Source: Chthoniobacter flavus
GTDB taxonomy: Bacteria; Verrucomicrobiota; Verrucomicrobiia; Chthoniobacterales; JACTMZ01
Reading direction: 5' to 3'
Length of the DNA: 64,000 nt
Assembly (NCBI GenBank): GCA_945871065.1
Contig: CAMBUL010000005.1
Location: 1,011-65,010 of the forward strand
The translations under genes and the position numbers were made by a program. This document shows positions 63,970 through 64,000 of this stretch, piece after piece (the stretch's first letter is position 1; each line of letters starts with the position of its first letter). The notes beneath the pieces are model-generated. The model worked only from the letters and a program-made list of their open reading frames with translations, had not been told where the DNA came from and ran no database searches.

Positions 63970-64000
63970 GCTCGTCGCGAAGCGCGTGAACAGTCCTATA

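Noticed and set aside
1-64000. Phage-defence or conflict systems other than the TA modules: restriction-modification, CBASS, retrons, Gabija-like ATPase/nuclease pairs and similar.
   Set aside because: No nuclease, helicase, STAND/AAA ATPase, DNA methyltransferase, cyclase or reverse transcriptase motifs were recognised in any supported ORF. The methyltransferases present have small-molecule or sugar-type contexts.

Overview
High-GC (by eye, not computed) chromosomal segment from a diderm bacterium: LolA-like, DsbD-like, LpxL-type and ArnT-type genes are all present. The taxon cannot be fixed without a database search. About 60 protein genes and one tRNA-Val(GAC) are supported. No rRNA, CRISPR array, transposase, integrase, recognisable phage-defence system or clear transcription factor was seen. 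There are three blocks. (A) 1-17.6 kb is a lipid-pigment type gene cluster of the aryl-polyene / flexirubin / xanthomonadin kind. It has a type-II KS pair, a FabZ-like dehydratase, two ACPs, an MMPL exporter fused to an LpxL-type acyltransferase, a LolA-like carrier, a PlsC-type acyltransferase, a GT2 and a NodB deacetylase. It is unusual in having two flavin-halogenase-type genes and a separate ACP / condensation-like / adenylating-enzyme operon. The cluster is cut by the left edge, and no ketoreductase, thioesterase or aryl-starter enzyme is visible. (B) 17.7-39.8 kb is mostly housekeeping: mgtE-like, MFS, nitroreductase, tRNA-Val, mnmE, hisC, thiG, dsbD-like, serA, chaA-like. A few oddities sit in it: a GYF-bactofilin fusion starting 10 nt after the tRNA, a chagasin-family inhibitor, and a PAP2 + ArnT-like pair. 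(C) 39.8-64.0 kb is an uninterrupted run of about 27 minus-strand genes forming an envelope glycan/glycolipid locus. It contains an sxtI/J/K-like carbamoyltransferase triad, rmlA and rmlB, a YfhO-like GT-C domain fused to a Ppm1/DPM1-type polyprenyl-phosphate glycosyltransferase, and a GtrB/ArnC-like GT2. It also holds a radical SAM enzyme flanked by methyltransferases, a double-SDR fusion, and kinase + HAD genes. rmlA and rmlB are split by about 2.2 kb of accessory genes: VapBC bracketed by perfect 24-nt direct repeats, a Phd/YefM-like remnant, and an orphan Avd-like four-helix-bundle gene bracketed by 26-nt repeats. A roughly 90-nt intergenic element recurs in the locus. All functional calls rest on motifs read by eye in the supplied translations; no searches were run.
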